DNA from: Strigamia acuminata
Lineage: Eukaryota
NCBI GenBank assembly: GCA_949358305.1
Contig: OX442314.1
Location: 15,934,001 to 15,998,000, forward strand
Direction of reading: 5' to 3'
Length of the DNA: 64,000 nucleotides
Shown here: piece by piece, positions 1-15,900 of the stretch
Position numbering within the stretch: position 1 is the stretch's first letter
Layout of the letters: every line of letters begins with the position of its first letter
Notes under the pieces: model-generated
What the model was told of the DNA's origin: nothing
What the model saw: only the letters and a program-made list of their open reading frames with translations
Databases searched by the model: none
Made by a program: the position numbers and the translations under genes

Positions 1-397
1 ATAAATAGTTTCAAATTACCACGAGATTGTTGAGTCCAAAAACGAGCGCATCATATCCCACAAATCTCCAGGACATACGCTAATTGAGATTAAAGTAGGC
101 AAAACCATATAAGCTTATATCATCCACCTCTATTTTTGGAAGGAAAAGTTTTGTGATAACCAACCTGTCAATGTATCAACATTCGAGGAACCATGCACCT
201 CATTTGGCCGAGATGATCACTTGATCATTTCCTTTCTATCTAAACACTAGTAAAGCTGCCAGCCAATGGGAAAAAAGGAATTTTCCGGGCGAATAGTTTA
301 AATAGCTGTTTTTATCCATGTTTTAAAAGTGTTTACTGCTGATTACAAAATTACGTATTCGTATAAAAATATTATTAGTCACAAAATAAGGTATGTA

Positions 398-3846
<3,449 letters not shown>

Positions 3847-3850
3847 TATG

Positions 3851-3998
3851 ATTTCAAATTAGAGTAATGAAAATACACCGAATAAAGACACTCGACGCTT
3901 CATACAACAAGAAATAAAGAAATCCCGCCACTATATATTCTGTGGCCAATCAGAAAGATTGGATTCACCAGACATCGACTTGCGTCATAAAAATGGCG
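3851..3998. promoter_or_regulatory. Bidirectional MCM3/TSEN34 promoter with E2F-like site, CCAAT boxes and YY1-like motif
   Basis: Under 200 bp separates the divergent start codons. AATCCCGCCA (E2F-like) at 3921-3930, CCAAT at 3946-3950, ATTGG at 3958-3962, AAAATGGCG near 3990-3998. Confidence 0.55.
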
Positions 3999-4033
3999 AC
4001 ATCCTCATCCTGCCGCCAGGTAGTACATGTGCG

Positions 4034-5123
4034 ATGATTCAAATATCAATAAATTGCAGAAAGGCATTTCTGTGGAACGCCGATGGTAAGCAATTAAAAA
4101 AAAATTGGAGCACATTGTCAAATTAAATAACATGTTAATTTTTTTAGATGTCATTCTCTTAAGGAAAACATACCGAATAGTTGGAAAATGTGTTGGATGT
4201 AGTGTATCGGCGCCGTATCAATACGAAGCTTTAAATTTGCCCGTGCAAATAATGGAAGAAGCAGCTAAACTTTTAGAAGAGAAAGGTATAAACGTATAAT
4301 TCAAGCGACGAAAGTAATATAAGTTATTTTTTAATTTTAATTTTTTTATTTCTATTTTTTATTTTTTTTTTATAAAGGAATCGCGTATTTGATTGATTCG
4401 GAATTAAGACAGAAAATAAAACCCACAGTTGAAGAATATTTAGAAATGCGAAAAAAATCATATCAAGAACAGGTTTGTTAAGAATATATGCAGAAATTCA
4501 ATTTGCCAAATAATATTACTAATTTATTTTTAAAAGGTTCACATAGTAAAAGAAGAAAGAAAAGCATTTCTATCTAAGAACGCAAACACTATAGTAAAAG
4601 GTAAACTAAAGAAACTTAATCAATCAATCGATGAGGTAACGATGGCAGCATTTACGCAAGAACTCTACAATGACATCCAAGAACTTCCAGAGTCTGCTTG
4701 TTTAATTCAGATTTTTACTGGTATTTTTAACCAAAAAAAAAAAACTTTTAACTTAATCTAAAACATAAATTCATTGCAGAATGTCCTTGGCCGAGTGATA
4801 ATGTCCGGAAATCAGAGTGGAATTACCCCAATACGGACGAAGAAAAGACTCGTTTCGAAATATACAAACATTTTTGGCAAAAGGGCTATTTTGTAACACC
4901 CGGTGAAAAATTTGGTGGCGATTTTTTGGTCTACACTGACGACCCGGCAATTAAACACTCTGAATTTATCGTCGTTTGTAAACCGCATCACGAAAAAATT
5001 AGCATGCTTGAAATGGTAACCAAAGGCAGACTAGCAACTAGTGTAAAAAAGACCGTTTTGTTTTGTTCAGTTTCTTGTGGAAAAATATATTGCGTTTCAT
5101 TAAATTGGACGCATTGGATATAA
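4034..5123 (+). CDS. TSEN34: tRNA-splicing endonuclease catalytic subunit Sen34 (multi-exon)
   Basis: Spliced MIQISINCRKAFLWNADDVILLRKTYRIVG...LNLPVQIMEEAAKLLEEKG...YKHFWQKGYFVTPGEKFGGDFLVYTDDPAIKHS...GRLATSVKKT, with the catalytic Y/H/K motifs of Sen34. Confidence 0.92.
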
Positions 5124-5305
5124 ATTAAAATTCTATTTTGTTTTAATAACTCTTTACATTATTTACAATACAATAATCAACTTAACTCACTTGTCAGTGT
5201 TTTTTTAGTGGATGCAAGTTAAAAACATGATAAGGGGATAAAATTCATGAGCTCAATCTCATAAGGTTAAAAGAAAATGAATTAAAGCACATAAAATCCA
5301 TATTG

Positions 5306-6597
5306 TTATAGTCGTAAGCGACGTAAATTTCTTCTGCATCCTATCGATCCTATTCGCAGACTCGGTGTAGAAGAGCTGTGACTTCCTCCACCACTACCAG
5401 CAGCGGAAGCCGACATAGAGACTACGCGGCAAATGTGGTTGGCTGTGAACTGGCATTGGCAACGAGAACAAAATCGAAAACAACACGTAGGTGAGATACA
5501 ACTCGCTACTGGCGACGAGGGAAGCACTTGACTCGGACTACAACAACGCATACATTTCACCAAGTATGCACCGTTAGGTAAATGTTTAGCAGCCTTCAAT
5601 CAAAAAACAATAAAATGTTAAAAACACATTTTTACGAAATAAGTCAAACAATTTACTTCTACAAATCGCTCAAAATTTGTAGGTTCCGATCTCGATTCAA
5701 CCGTCGGAACTGGAAAGGGCCGGTTGCTATTATTTAGTGGTGTACACTCTCCAGAACGTGGTGGAACCGGTGGCGGATATCTCTAAAAAATTAAAAATCA
5801 AATTCTATTCAAATTAAAATGTATATACAGTATGTCGTGCCAAGATTTACCGTTTTTGGATTCTCTTTATTTAATACTAGTATTGCCAAAAATAATCGTC
5901 TTTTTTCATTCGCATTTTTATCGTTCTTGCAAAGTTGATTCCAAGTTTTGCTCACGCAGCAAACTGCACTTAAGTTTTCGCCGTTTAAATGCGAGAAAAT
6001 CTTGGATATTATATGCGGAAACGGTATTAAATCATTCAAAATGTCTTTAGTTTCTTGTGGTTTGGACGTGTTACTGTCGTTGTTCGTTAATTCGGGGTCT
6101 GAATTTCGTCGTTTTATAACTCCCGATCCTAATTTGTCTTGAGTATCGCGGTATAGGACTCGTTTACAGAAGGATTTTCGCGTGAATGGCGTACCCGTGT
6201 CGTGAAGGCTTAAACTTCGTCTATTCAATTTTGCCTGGGAAGATTTGATGGGAGATGGTGGCAAAGACGAGTAACCGCTGTCTTGTGTCGGAAGCCGCAA
6301 TTGTAGGAAATTTTTTGGTGTAAATTTTTCATATTGTCTGCCCTCAAACATGACAAATGAGCTTTCATCGTGTTCTGCCTGCAAAGTAAATTTATATATT
6401 TAGAAATTTTTTAGATAAGAGGGGGGATTAACTATTTCCCACGCGACCAATTTCCCTCCTTCCGTTAAACCTCGTCATGTTTTCAAGTTAAAAAATATAT
6501 AACGGTTTTAAAATTTGAAACTTTGTTTTCTAATTATTTTAAATGCAGTACTAAACAGTTGAGAAAATAATGTGCGAAATCTTACATTGAGTTCCAT
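5306..6597 (-). CDS. FBXO5: Emi1/Rca1 (FBXO5/FBXO43-like) APC/C inhibitor
   Basis: Exon 1 MELN|gtaag. DSGYSS beta-TrCP degron, F-box (PFPHIISKIFSHLNGENLSAVCCVSKTWNQLC), Cys-rich zinc-binding region (CMRC..C...CCFRFCSRCQC..H.C) and RL tail RRNLRRLRL*. Confidence 0.88.
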
Positions 6598-6673
6598 GGC
6601 GGTAATAAACCTTCTGTCTTCTCAGTTTTCTGTTCTATCCACTATGCATATGGAGCTTTGAGAATGAACATTG

Positions 6674-6808
6674 TTCAAATTCGCCGCTAACTGGTTTTCT
6701 TCAAGAATTTAAGCCAATGAGAATTGCGGTTTTGTTAGTTACAGACCTATGCCAACCAATAAGATGTTTTGCGCGCTTCTTCGTCCGACTTAGGCGCGAT
6801 GTCATTGG
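6674..6808 (-). promoter_or_regulatory. CDE/CHR-like element plus three CCAAT boxes upstream of the Emi1-like gene
   Basis: Minus strand reads TAGCGG-cgaa-TTTGAA at 6689-6674. CCAAT at 6714 and 6756, ATTGG at 6804. Confidence 0.55.
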
Positions 6809-6985
6809 CCAAAATATGACCATTTCTGCACAGAACTAAACTGGAAAACGACAATCACATATATAAGCGCCTCTACTGGCAAGGATTGAACCACATTAGA
6901 CATTTCATGCTTGATTTCATGTTATAGTTAGTTCGTTCCTTATAATCGGCTTCATAATTTTCACATTTCATAGTTTGTGATTGTG

Positions 6986-7286
<301 letters not shown>

Positions 7287-7502
7287 TTGCGACGACGTTG
7301 TACAGATTTGCGAATGAAGCTTACTTCCGAAGAATATTTAAATACAAATCGCAGCAAAGAATTATCTTGATGTGTACTGATTAAACACTGAAAAATACAA
7401 TCAAATTGCCACACGAACCGAACGTTGTTATATAAAAAAAAGTTTATTTGGTCTTACAACATTATTTCCATCATTCAAATGTGATTGATTACGATCACTT
7501 AA

Positions 7503-10500
7503 CTACTGCGCAGCTTTGCTGATGCTAAACAATTTATTATTTCCGAATAAAGCTGTTGGTAATTCAATTTGTGATAAAATGCTCTTAGGAATTTGTCCAG
7601 TTGGAGGGGCTTTACTATCCGGGATGATTTCACTCACAAGCTACAAGATATAAGAGTTATACCATAATTCATAATCTAAATGCATATAATTTAGCAAAAA
7701 TACGTACATTCTTTATGTCAAACCACCCGATGTCCTCTCTGTTACTGAGCAATGCGGACAAATGTTCTTGAGTCATGTCTGGATAATTATGAATCAACCC
7801 CTACAAAAAAATTACATTGTAAACTATTATTTGCAATGTTTTAAACAACTTACAGAAAGTATCAGCGGCAAAATTTCTTTATCCTTCACTTTGAGTACCT
7901 CAGCAAAACGAACTAAAACATCGGTTAGAGAATCCGCCTAAAATTTAAAAGAACAAGTTAATTCTAAGTTTTATTTAAGTTTTAATGAATGCAAAAATAC
8001 ACCTTTGCCAAATGTGGTGCCAAGTTTTTGATGAGATTTTGTAGTTGCTCCACTTCTCTTATAACTTTTTCAGCGCAATCCTTTCTTTCTTCAAAAGATG
8101 AAAATGTGACGCGCCTTTAAAAAATAAAATAAAATAAAATAAAAATAAATTTTTGAGTGTTTATACTCGAATAAAAAATTCTCTCTTATTTCGAATACTT
8201 TTGAAGCATCGCCGAAATATAATTCTTGCATATTCTCTTCTTAATTTCAGCGATGACATCGTCGTGATTTTTCGGTCTTAAATGTTTATAGTCTTGATGA
8301 AAATCTTCCACTGTGACGCAGATTGTATCCATAGGTGTGTCGCTACTCAGCCATTTCCTAGTCATCAGATCTAGGAAATGTGGTCTGAGATCCATACACA
8401 TCTCGTCCAATAGATAGTTGCACCTATTCATACATCCAATCAAAAATCCATCGTTATTTCCATCATTTAACTCACGTTTGTTCACGAAGCTTCTTGTATG
8501 TCTTTATCAAAGAATCAAACTGACGAACAGCTTCGTCATCGTGCATTCCAGGTTTCCAAATTTGATCTTTCAATTGATGACATAATTCAATGAAATGCAA
8601 ACAATTGTTAACGGCTGCAACCTAAGCAATCAAATTCGTACTCGTTACACAAAATACAAATATAAATTCAATTCAGATTCAAATTCACCATGTAATGAGT
8701 AAAATATTTTATGCTATTTCTGTTCTGCATACAGGTATTTTTGTATTCGATAATTGCTTCTAAAATTACCAAAAATAAACAAAAACATTAAATTAACGAC
8801 AAAATAAATAAACTTGTCGTCATTACCCAAATACATGGTTCCTAAATTGGTCATTTCCGTCATAGACATGCGAAATATTTTAACTACTAAATCAAATCCT
8901 ATCGTTTTGGCAACGGTAAGCTATAATAATAGGAATCGATCAATTTCTTTAAAAATATTTCTGGGTTAATATGTGCACATTTACATTTTGTTCCACCATT
9001 TGAAACACTACAATAGGCAACGTGGTTTGATAACATCCTTCGCCATCTGACTCTGGTTCGATGTCGCGAAACCAATCTTGTTTCTCAGATTCGATAGTTG
9101 TTTTCATCCATTGTGAAAAATTTTGCTCCATTTTGCTTATATATCTGGAATTATGAATTAATTAACGACGTAAAAAGGCAATAATAAAGATTACAAAGTT
9201 ATTACTTAGCCTTTAAGCTCCCTACAGTTCTATCGTCCAACAATGGGCCGACATCTTTAATATTTACATTAATATCGGGATGTTTCAACAATTCGGGACT
9301 CCTAAATTCGGAAACAACTTAACAATTTAATTTAAAAATAAACGATAACTCACTCGTAAGTTTTCAGCCACATAAGAATGCTTATGTACTCATCATTTTC
9401 AAGCCCACACGCAATTATATCTAATAACTAATTTTAAAACTAATAAATTTAATTTTTAATTCAAATATTTTGACACCCTTACGTGTTTAGATAAACAGTT
9501 GTGATACATTTTCACATATTTATTGACAATTTCATAACGAGGTGGAAAGCACTGCACACACAAAGTCTAAACGAAATGAAATAATTATAGACAACAAATT
9601 GTAGTCACTGAACAAAAATAGCTCGTTATACTTTGACCACGCGAAGATCTTCTAAAATCACTTGCCGTGTAATTTCCAAATGTCTTACTAACCACATCGT
9701 ATTTTCATCACGTTCTCCGTACTGATTTTTTTCAAGCCTAGGAATTAAAACGACATTCATTGGTCATTAATAAACCGCACTGGTTGTTGTTTATTTACCT
9801 GTCTTGGATTGTCTGTTCCATGATTACGAAAGCCTTCTTTTTCCATTCCCTCGTTCTTCCTGGAGGAAGGAATCCGGTTTGTTTTTCTAGCTCTAATGAA
9901 AGTTGATCGCTTTTCTCTTCTCTCTCTATAATGCGCATCGCCGTTACGATAAGTTTAGGGTCGCTGCGCACAGTTTGCAACACTCGTTTCAAAATCGACC
10001 ATAAATGCTCGCTCAGCGATTGATATAATTCATCGACACCGGAAAAATACACTTTGAGTTTCTGCAATTACAAACGATCAAATATTATCTGCCCACTTTC
10101 TAAAAAATAATCATTCGACTAACAATTTGATCACTTTTGTTTTGATCTGGAAGTTTGTACATTTGAAACAATAAATCATTCCGTGAATTTTCTAATTCCG
10201 CTAAACTGCAAATAAAAAAAATAAAAAAAATAAAAAAATCAATAAATTTACTTTACTGTCGATGAAAATTATTACCAATAATGAGCTTGTAAATATTTGC
10301 CTTCGTTGATCCAAACATGAGTTTTCTTAACACTTTCTGGAACTGTAAAAATATTTTTCAAATGCTCCATGGCCACGGCATTCTGAAATCGTAAATATAA
10401 ACGAATAAACATTAAAATTGTCGCACATAATCGCGAAGAAAGATGTTCACCTGGAAGTAATTTAAGTGTTCTTCCCTTACGTCTTCCAACTGCTCACGCA

Positions 10501-10944
10501 ACTTCGATACGGTTTTCAACCCTTCATCAATCTCGGACAAACTAAAGTGACAACAAAATGTGCCTAAATTAAAATAACGAAACATCAATTTAATTCATTT
10601 TGTACTTCATTTTAATGTCCTTGACATCTATCAACGTCGTTTGTAATAAATTCAATCCGCTTTTCACACCGTCCAACTGGGATTGCACCGTTGTTTTTAG
10701 TAATGCTTCGACTGAAGCCTGAAAACCAAAAATGCATTTAAAATATTTTAAGCAAAAAGAAATAATTAATACCGGTGCAGCTTATTAGTCACCGCCCACC
10801 TCGTACCTTTTCCCTCAAAGAACTTCGCTTATATTGCTCCACTCTTTCTAACTGATGACTCCTTTGCAGTAAATTTGCTACATGCTTAGCTGATTTAGCC
10901 TTCGCTTGCAATTCTAACTCCTCCACATCCTTGTGTGAAGCCAT
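7503..10944 (-). CDS. EXOC3: Exocyst complex component 3 (Sec6), multi-exon
   Basis: N-terminus MASHKDVEELELQAKAKSAKHVANLLQRSHQLERVEQYKR, then ASVEALLKTTVQSQLDGVKSGL, VRSDPKLIVTAMRIIEREE, GFLPPGRTREWK, DTICVTVEDF. Ends ...SKAAQ* at 7503. Confidence 0.95.
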
Positions 10945-11082
10945 AACTGACGAAAAATGAAAACTTCACATCTATATCTCCTGGTTCGCTCGATAAAATG
11001 GTTGGTGCTTGCCCAATAGCTATGTTTATTTAGCAATAGATGGCGGTACTGTATGTGATAATTTTTTTTTCTTTTTTTCTTG

Positions 11083-11258
11083 CTTTTCTAACTCGAAGTA
11101 AAGTTGATCACTTTTCTGCTTTCTCTCGATAATGTGCATCGCCGCTACGGGTCACTGTGCTTCAAAATCGACCATAAATGCTCGGTGCTCGCTCAGTGAT
11201 TAATAAAATTAATAAAATTCATCGACACCAAAAAAATTCATGTTTAGTTTCAGCATTT
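11083..11258 (-). pseudogene. Degenerate duplicate of part of an internal EXOC3 exon
   Basis: Aligns by eye to 9883-10068 (shared ttcaaaatcgaccataaatgctcg, catcgcc, aattcatcgacacc) with indels. Confidence 0.8.
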
Positions 11259-12935
11259 CCAAGTGATTTTAATTTGATTCCAATTTGATTCCAATTCCAA
11301 TTCCATTCCAAGTCCCCCACTAAAAGTTTTTAAATTTTCTTTAAGGGCGGGAAAAAAAATGTATTGATAAAATACCGTACCGAAACTGATTACGCGATTA
11401 AGTACCGTAGTATAGAATAAAGTATACAAAGAAATGCAAGGCGTAACCCTTGTAAAAAATAAAAAAAGATGTTTATTTAAAATGCAAATGTGATTGCACT
11501 TAAAACATTAATTGCAGGTACTGTAATTCTGTAACACTCCTAGAAAATGATTCGACCAATACAATTTTGACTAAAAAAAGATGGGTTCACGCAAAGGTTA
11601 GAAATGTTGATTGCCTTCTTATTCTTACCCCATTCCAATTTGATCAGAATGTGATTCAATCAGAAAAGACAAACATTTACCAACCGTGACATAACGCGCC
11701 AAAACTAATTACATTTATAGATTTTGCTATGAAACAACTAATTAGTGGAATTTGAGATTAGTGTGACCGTGTGTTGCCACACTTAATTCTGTTGTAGATA
11801 TTAATGGCACACGTAAACAGGCAGTTCAAAATGATAAGTGATTTTATTACAAAAGATTCGAAGTTTAAATACAAGTTATACAATACAAGGGATTTTCCAA
11901 AATACACTGATTAGTTAAATACACTAATACGTTGACCTCGCGTTTAATCGTTTTATTGTCCACGCGATGTCCATCCCCAGTGGCGGTCAACAGCAACATT
12001 GGCGGTCAGTATAACTCCAACAAATTCCAAACACTCCTAAATGCTCACACAACCTCAACAATCTGTGTAAAAATAAAATAAACACATGGTCATTTTACCA
12101 TTTGTCAAAATTTTTACTACAGCTATCAACAATATAAGTCATATAAGTTGGCATAAAAATAAGAACGGTAGTATCTTACTTCTTAATTGCCAGCTACCAA
12201 GCCAAGCTCTAATAAAAGAGATATTCTTTTGGTTCTATTGACAAATAAATTCCGCTACTAATTAAAATTAATTGGAACTACCCTCAGGTGAAAAAGGAAA
12301 TCAGCACATACTGTATGCCAGTGAATATGTTCAGAAAAGAAAACAGTAATGGTTCAATCGCGCAAAATTTGATGTGCTTTAAAAAAAATCACCATATTTT
12401 AATTGGTCTTATTTTACTTCTCAATTATCACAAAAATCATAAGTATTTTAAAAATCTAAAACTCAAAACTTTTTGCTCGGATGCGAGCTGCGTAGATAAA
12501 CTGTATTATCGATTATAAAGAGCGTGTACAATTTCTGTATGCAAACAAAGCACTTGGTATTGAAAATCATTTTTCGCATAAATAACAAAAATATTTAAAA
12601 AAAATCCGATCCGATTTCAAGTGACTATAGAAAAAAAAAGCAACCAAGCAAACTAAAGCACTTATAATAACAAGTCCGCACTCCGTACACATAGTGTTCA
12701 CTGCTCTAATATTTACCTTGACTAAAGAAACACAAACGAAATACTTATGTAATTTTCAGGCACTTTTTTTTAACCTTGTTTATTTTAAACTGCTATTTGC
12801 TGTACTTGTATGTACATAGCGATACTCAACATGTTTGATAAACAATATGAAAAGCCTAAGTTGACTATAAACTAAGTTTAAAGCAAAAAACTGAAAACTA
12901 TCTTCTAGTTAGAACTTGACTTGTAGCAATACAAC

Positions 12936-15900
12936 ATGTCTCCACATATGGCCATCATTTTTCGGAGAAAAAAAAAACTACGCCGGACAATTCACCACTT
13001 AATGAAAAATGATGCCCATAAACCTCAATGCAATTTAACTGGCTTGGATGATTTCATAAATAGTAAAAACCGTTCGAGCAAGTATCAAGTCTTTTGGCAA
13101 ATTTTGTTCTCATTTTGCATATGCACGCTCATGTATCAGACACACGATAGAATAATGCATTACTTAAGTCGTCCTATGGCTGTTGATGTAATGGCTAAAT
13201 CAGAAGAGGTCGTTTTACCCCATTTAATGTTCTGCAGTGGCAATACAAAAGAATTGATCAAGCTTTGGAATATGAGTTTTGTTAAAATCGAACCTGTAAA
13301 AGATGATTTCGGTCTATCGAGCTTTTCCTGCGTAAACATGGTGAAAACTCTCATGGCAAACGAAACCTACGACATGGATGAACTTTGGAAGGCAACCAAT
13401 ATGACCAAAGAAATTGTTAGCGTAAAAGTGAAAGTAAATAAAATGGTCAAAAGTATTTTTAACACTATATATAAACCCTATTCTTTTTTCTTAGGGATAT
13501 TCAAAAGAAGCATTTGTACAGACAGAAATTGATAGTGGATATGGAATGTGCGCTGCATTTAAATTTCGTAAATATACAAGCATTGTGGTTATTTTTAAAA
13601 TATAAAATTAAACCTTTCTATTACAACAATTAGGTAAAAATTCAACTGAATCGTTTGTTGGAAAATCACTAACCGTAACTTTCAAAAAATATCTTGACTA
13701 CATATGTTATACAGCCATGTATCATGTACAAGTATACAGTATATCTTACACAGTTCATAAATTACATATACCATTTCTAATTTTGCTTAGATTGTACTGT
13801 CAGTAAATGATTTTGGAAAAAACTACTACAGAACAGCAGAATTCAGTGGTTCAACAGAAACTTTAAATATCAGATATAATAAAGTAATACTTAAAAAAAG
13901 TTGCTTTTTCATAGAGCAGATCAAAAGATCAACTGTGTATACTGTAAAATCGTAAACAATACCTTTTCTGCCTTGTGGCTGCACCTTGCATTTACATTAA
14001 TGAACCGATTGTGTTATTGACAATCAATAATGTTTAATGAAAAAGCAAAGTTCTGCGCTTATTGTTGTTCCTATGAAAATGCACCTAACAGAGTAATAAC
14101 TTAGAATTTTATTGTAACTTTTATCTTTTTACATAATTTCAGTATGTATTTCTTAATTCATCTAAAAATCCTTGCTCCGGCGAAAAGGAATACAGAGATT
14201 GCTATTTCAACTGCTTGTCAAAAAAATTTCAAAATCTCCTCACTTGCAGGTAAACTCCCTGATTCTATGTCGTATACTGCATGTGTCTCCAAACGGGCTA
14301 GATTATGGAGTTTTGTATTAACTTGAAGCCTACCATTTTTTTTTAACCATCCGATTTGACTAGCTGCATTCAAAAATTAAAATAACAATTTTAGTGTATT
14401 TTAAGTTTTAACAAGAGTTTAAATAGGAAATGATGTCATTTTTAGTTTAAAATTGAAGTAAAACACAAAATATTTTAGTTTTTGAATGCAGCTAGTGTTA
14501 GAAATATGTTACGAAAATGGGTCCGACATGGATTTTTGCAAAAGACATATTCTTAAAAATTTCTATGCGTAGAAATAAATTAAATTGATTGGCACGCCAA
14601 TATTCACCAAGATATCATTAGTTGAACGACGGAAATTAACATTGATGATATGTTTTTTTTGCAAAAAACCATCAAAACCATTTTCCCCACTCTAAAAAAT
14701 TTTTAAGCTGGAACCATGTTACATTTAATTTTATATTCTTTTAAAGGTATCCTTTTATTACAAATTTGGACATAAATCTACCCCTATGTGAATGTTCAAA
14801 TGCCACAGCACAACAATATGGTATTGTGATGAAACTACTTGAAACGTCAGATCCCATGGCCACTTGCTCATGTCGCCGGCCCTGTCAACAACTGACCTTT
14901 ATACCGTACATTGATTCAGGCACAGCAGATGATGAAATAACAACATCAATAACTTTAGAGATAACTAATGAGAAAGTTAACGTATTTGAAGAACGGTACA
15001 CATACGATGTTATTGCTTTGCTATCAGATCTAGGAGGCAATTTGGGCCTGTTTCTCGGTCTATCACTAATCTCATTAACAGAAACCAGCTGGTATCTATT
15101 TTGGGTTTCATCAACTATTCGCAGGAAAAAACACTTTAATAAACTGTATCATCTTTATGTGAAATGCAGGAAGAAAATAATTGAACGAGATGAGCAAATT
15201 AAAACGAATAGAATCTTGTTAATGCTTCAGCTAATACTGGTTATAATTAGTATAGGATTTACTGTGTACTACTTGAGAAACCGTTTAAACTACTACCTTG
15301 AAGAACCAGTAACAAAAATCGTTACCGTAGTTCCGAGGCAAAATACTGAATATCCTTCTATCACAATCTGTGGTGAAAATAGAAATAAAGAGATGGATGA
15401 AGCCAGATCAAATGTGCTTAATCAGACAAACCAAAAGTGCGATAAATTATCGCCGTGGCAACTTTTCAGTAGCGATTTCTCGTTAGAGGAAATATGGAGT
15501 GTGCTTAGTGTTCACGACACAATGAATGTTAACGACGACATGGCTAAGGTATTCGGCTAAAATGTGAAATTAATATTTTTGTAACCGTTTTATATTTGTA
15601 GCACTTGACTGGATATCCAACATTGCTAAACATAACAAAGACTCTTACTCCACTTCCTTTTGGTCATTGCTCACAAATGCATGCAGGTAATTCCACTAAT
15701 CTCATCTTTTAGGGTGTTTGTGTTTTTGTATTTTTAACAAAACAAAAACACATACATCTAAAACACTTGAATCACGACTTATTGAATACGGCTCTAGCTG
15801 GTGATTGTTTTACTGATGTGTTAATCTGTACTTGGTTCTTAGCTTGATAATATTTTTTTTATAGAAAAAACAAACGACTTGACAGTTCCCTTTTTACTCT

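Noticed and set aside
8420..8490. Apparent frameshift in EXOC3
   Set aside because: Resolved by a short GT-AG intron (AC|gtgagt...gaatag|G).
14747..15549. Idea that the double DEG/ENaC is two adjacent genes merged by annotation
   Set aside because: TM2 of repeat 1 and TM1 of repeat 2 are in one stop-free exon in both paralogues, with no room for a terminator or promoter.
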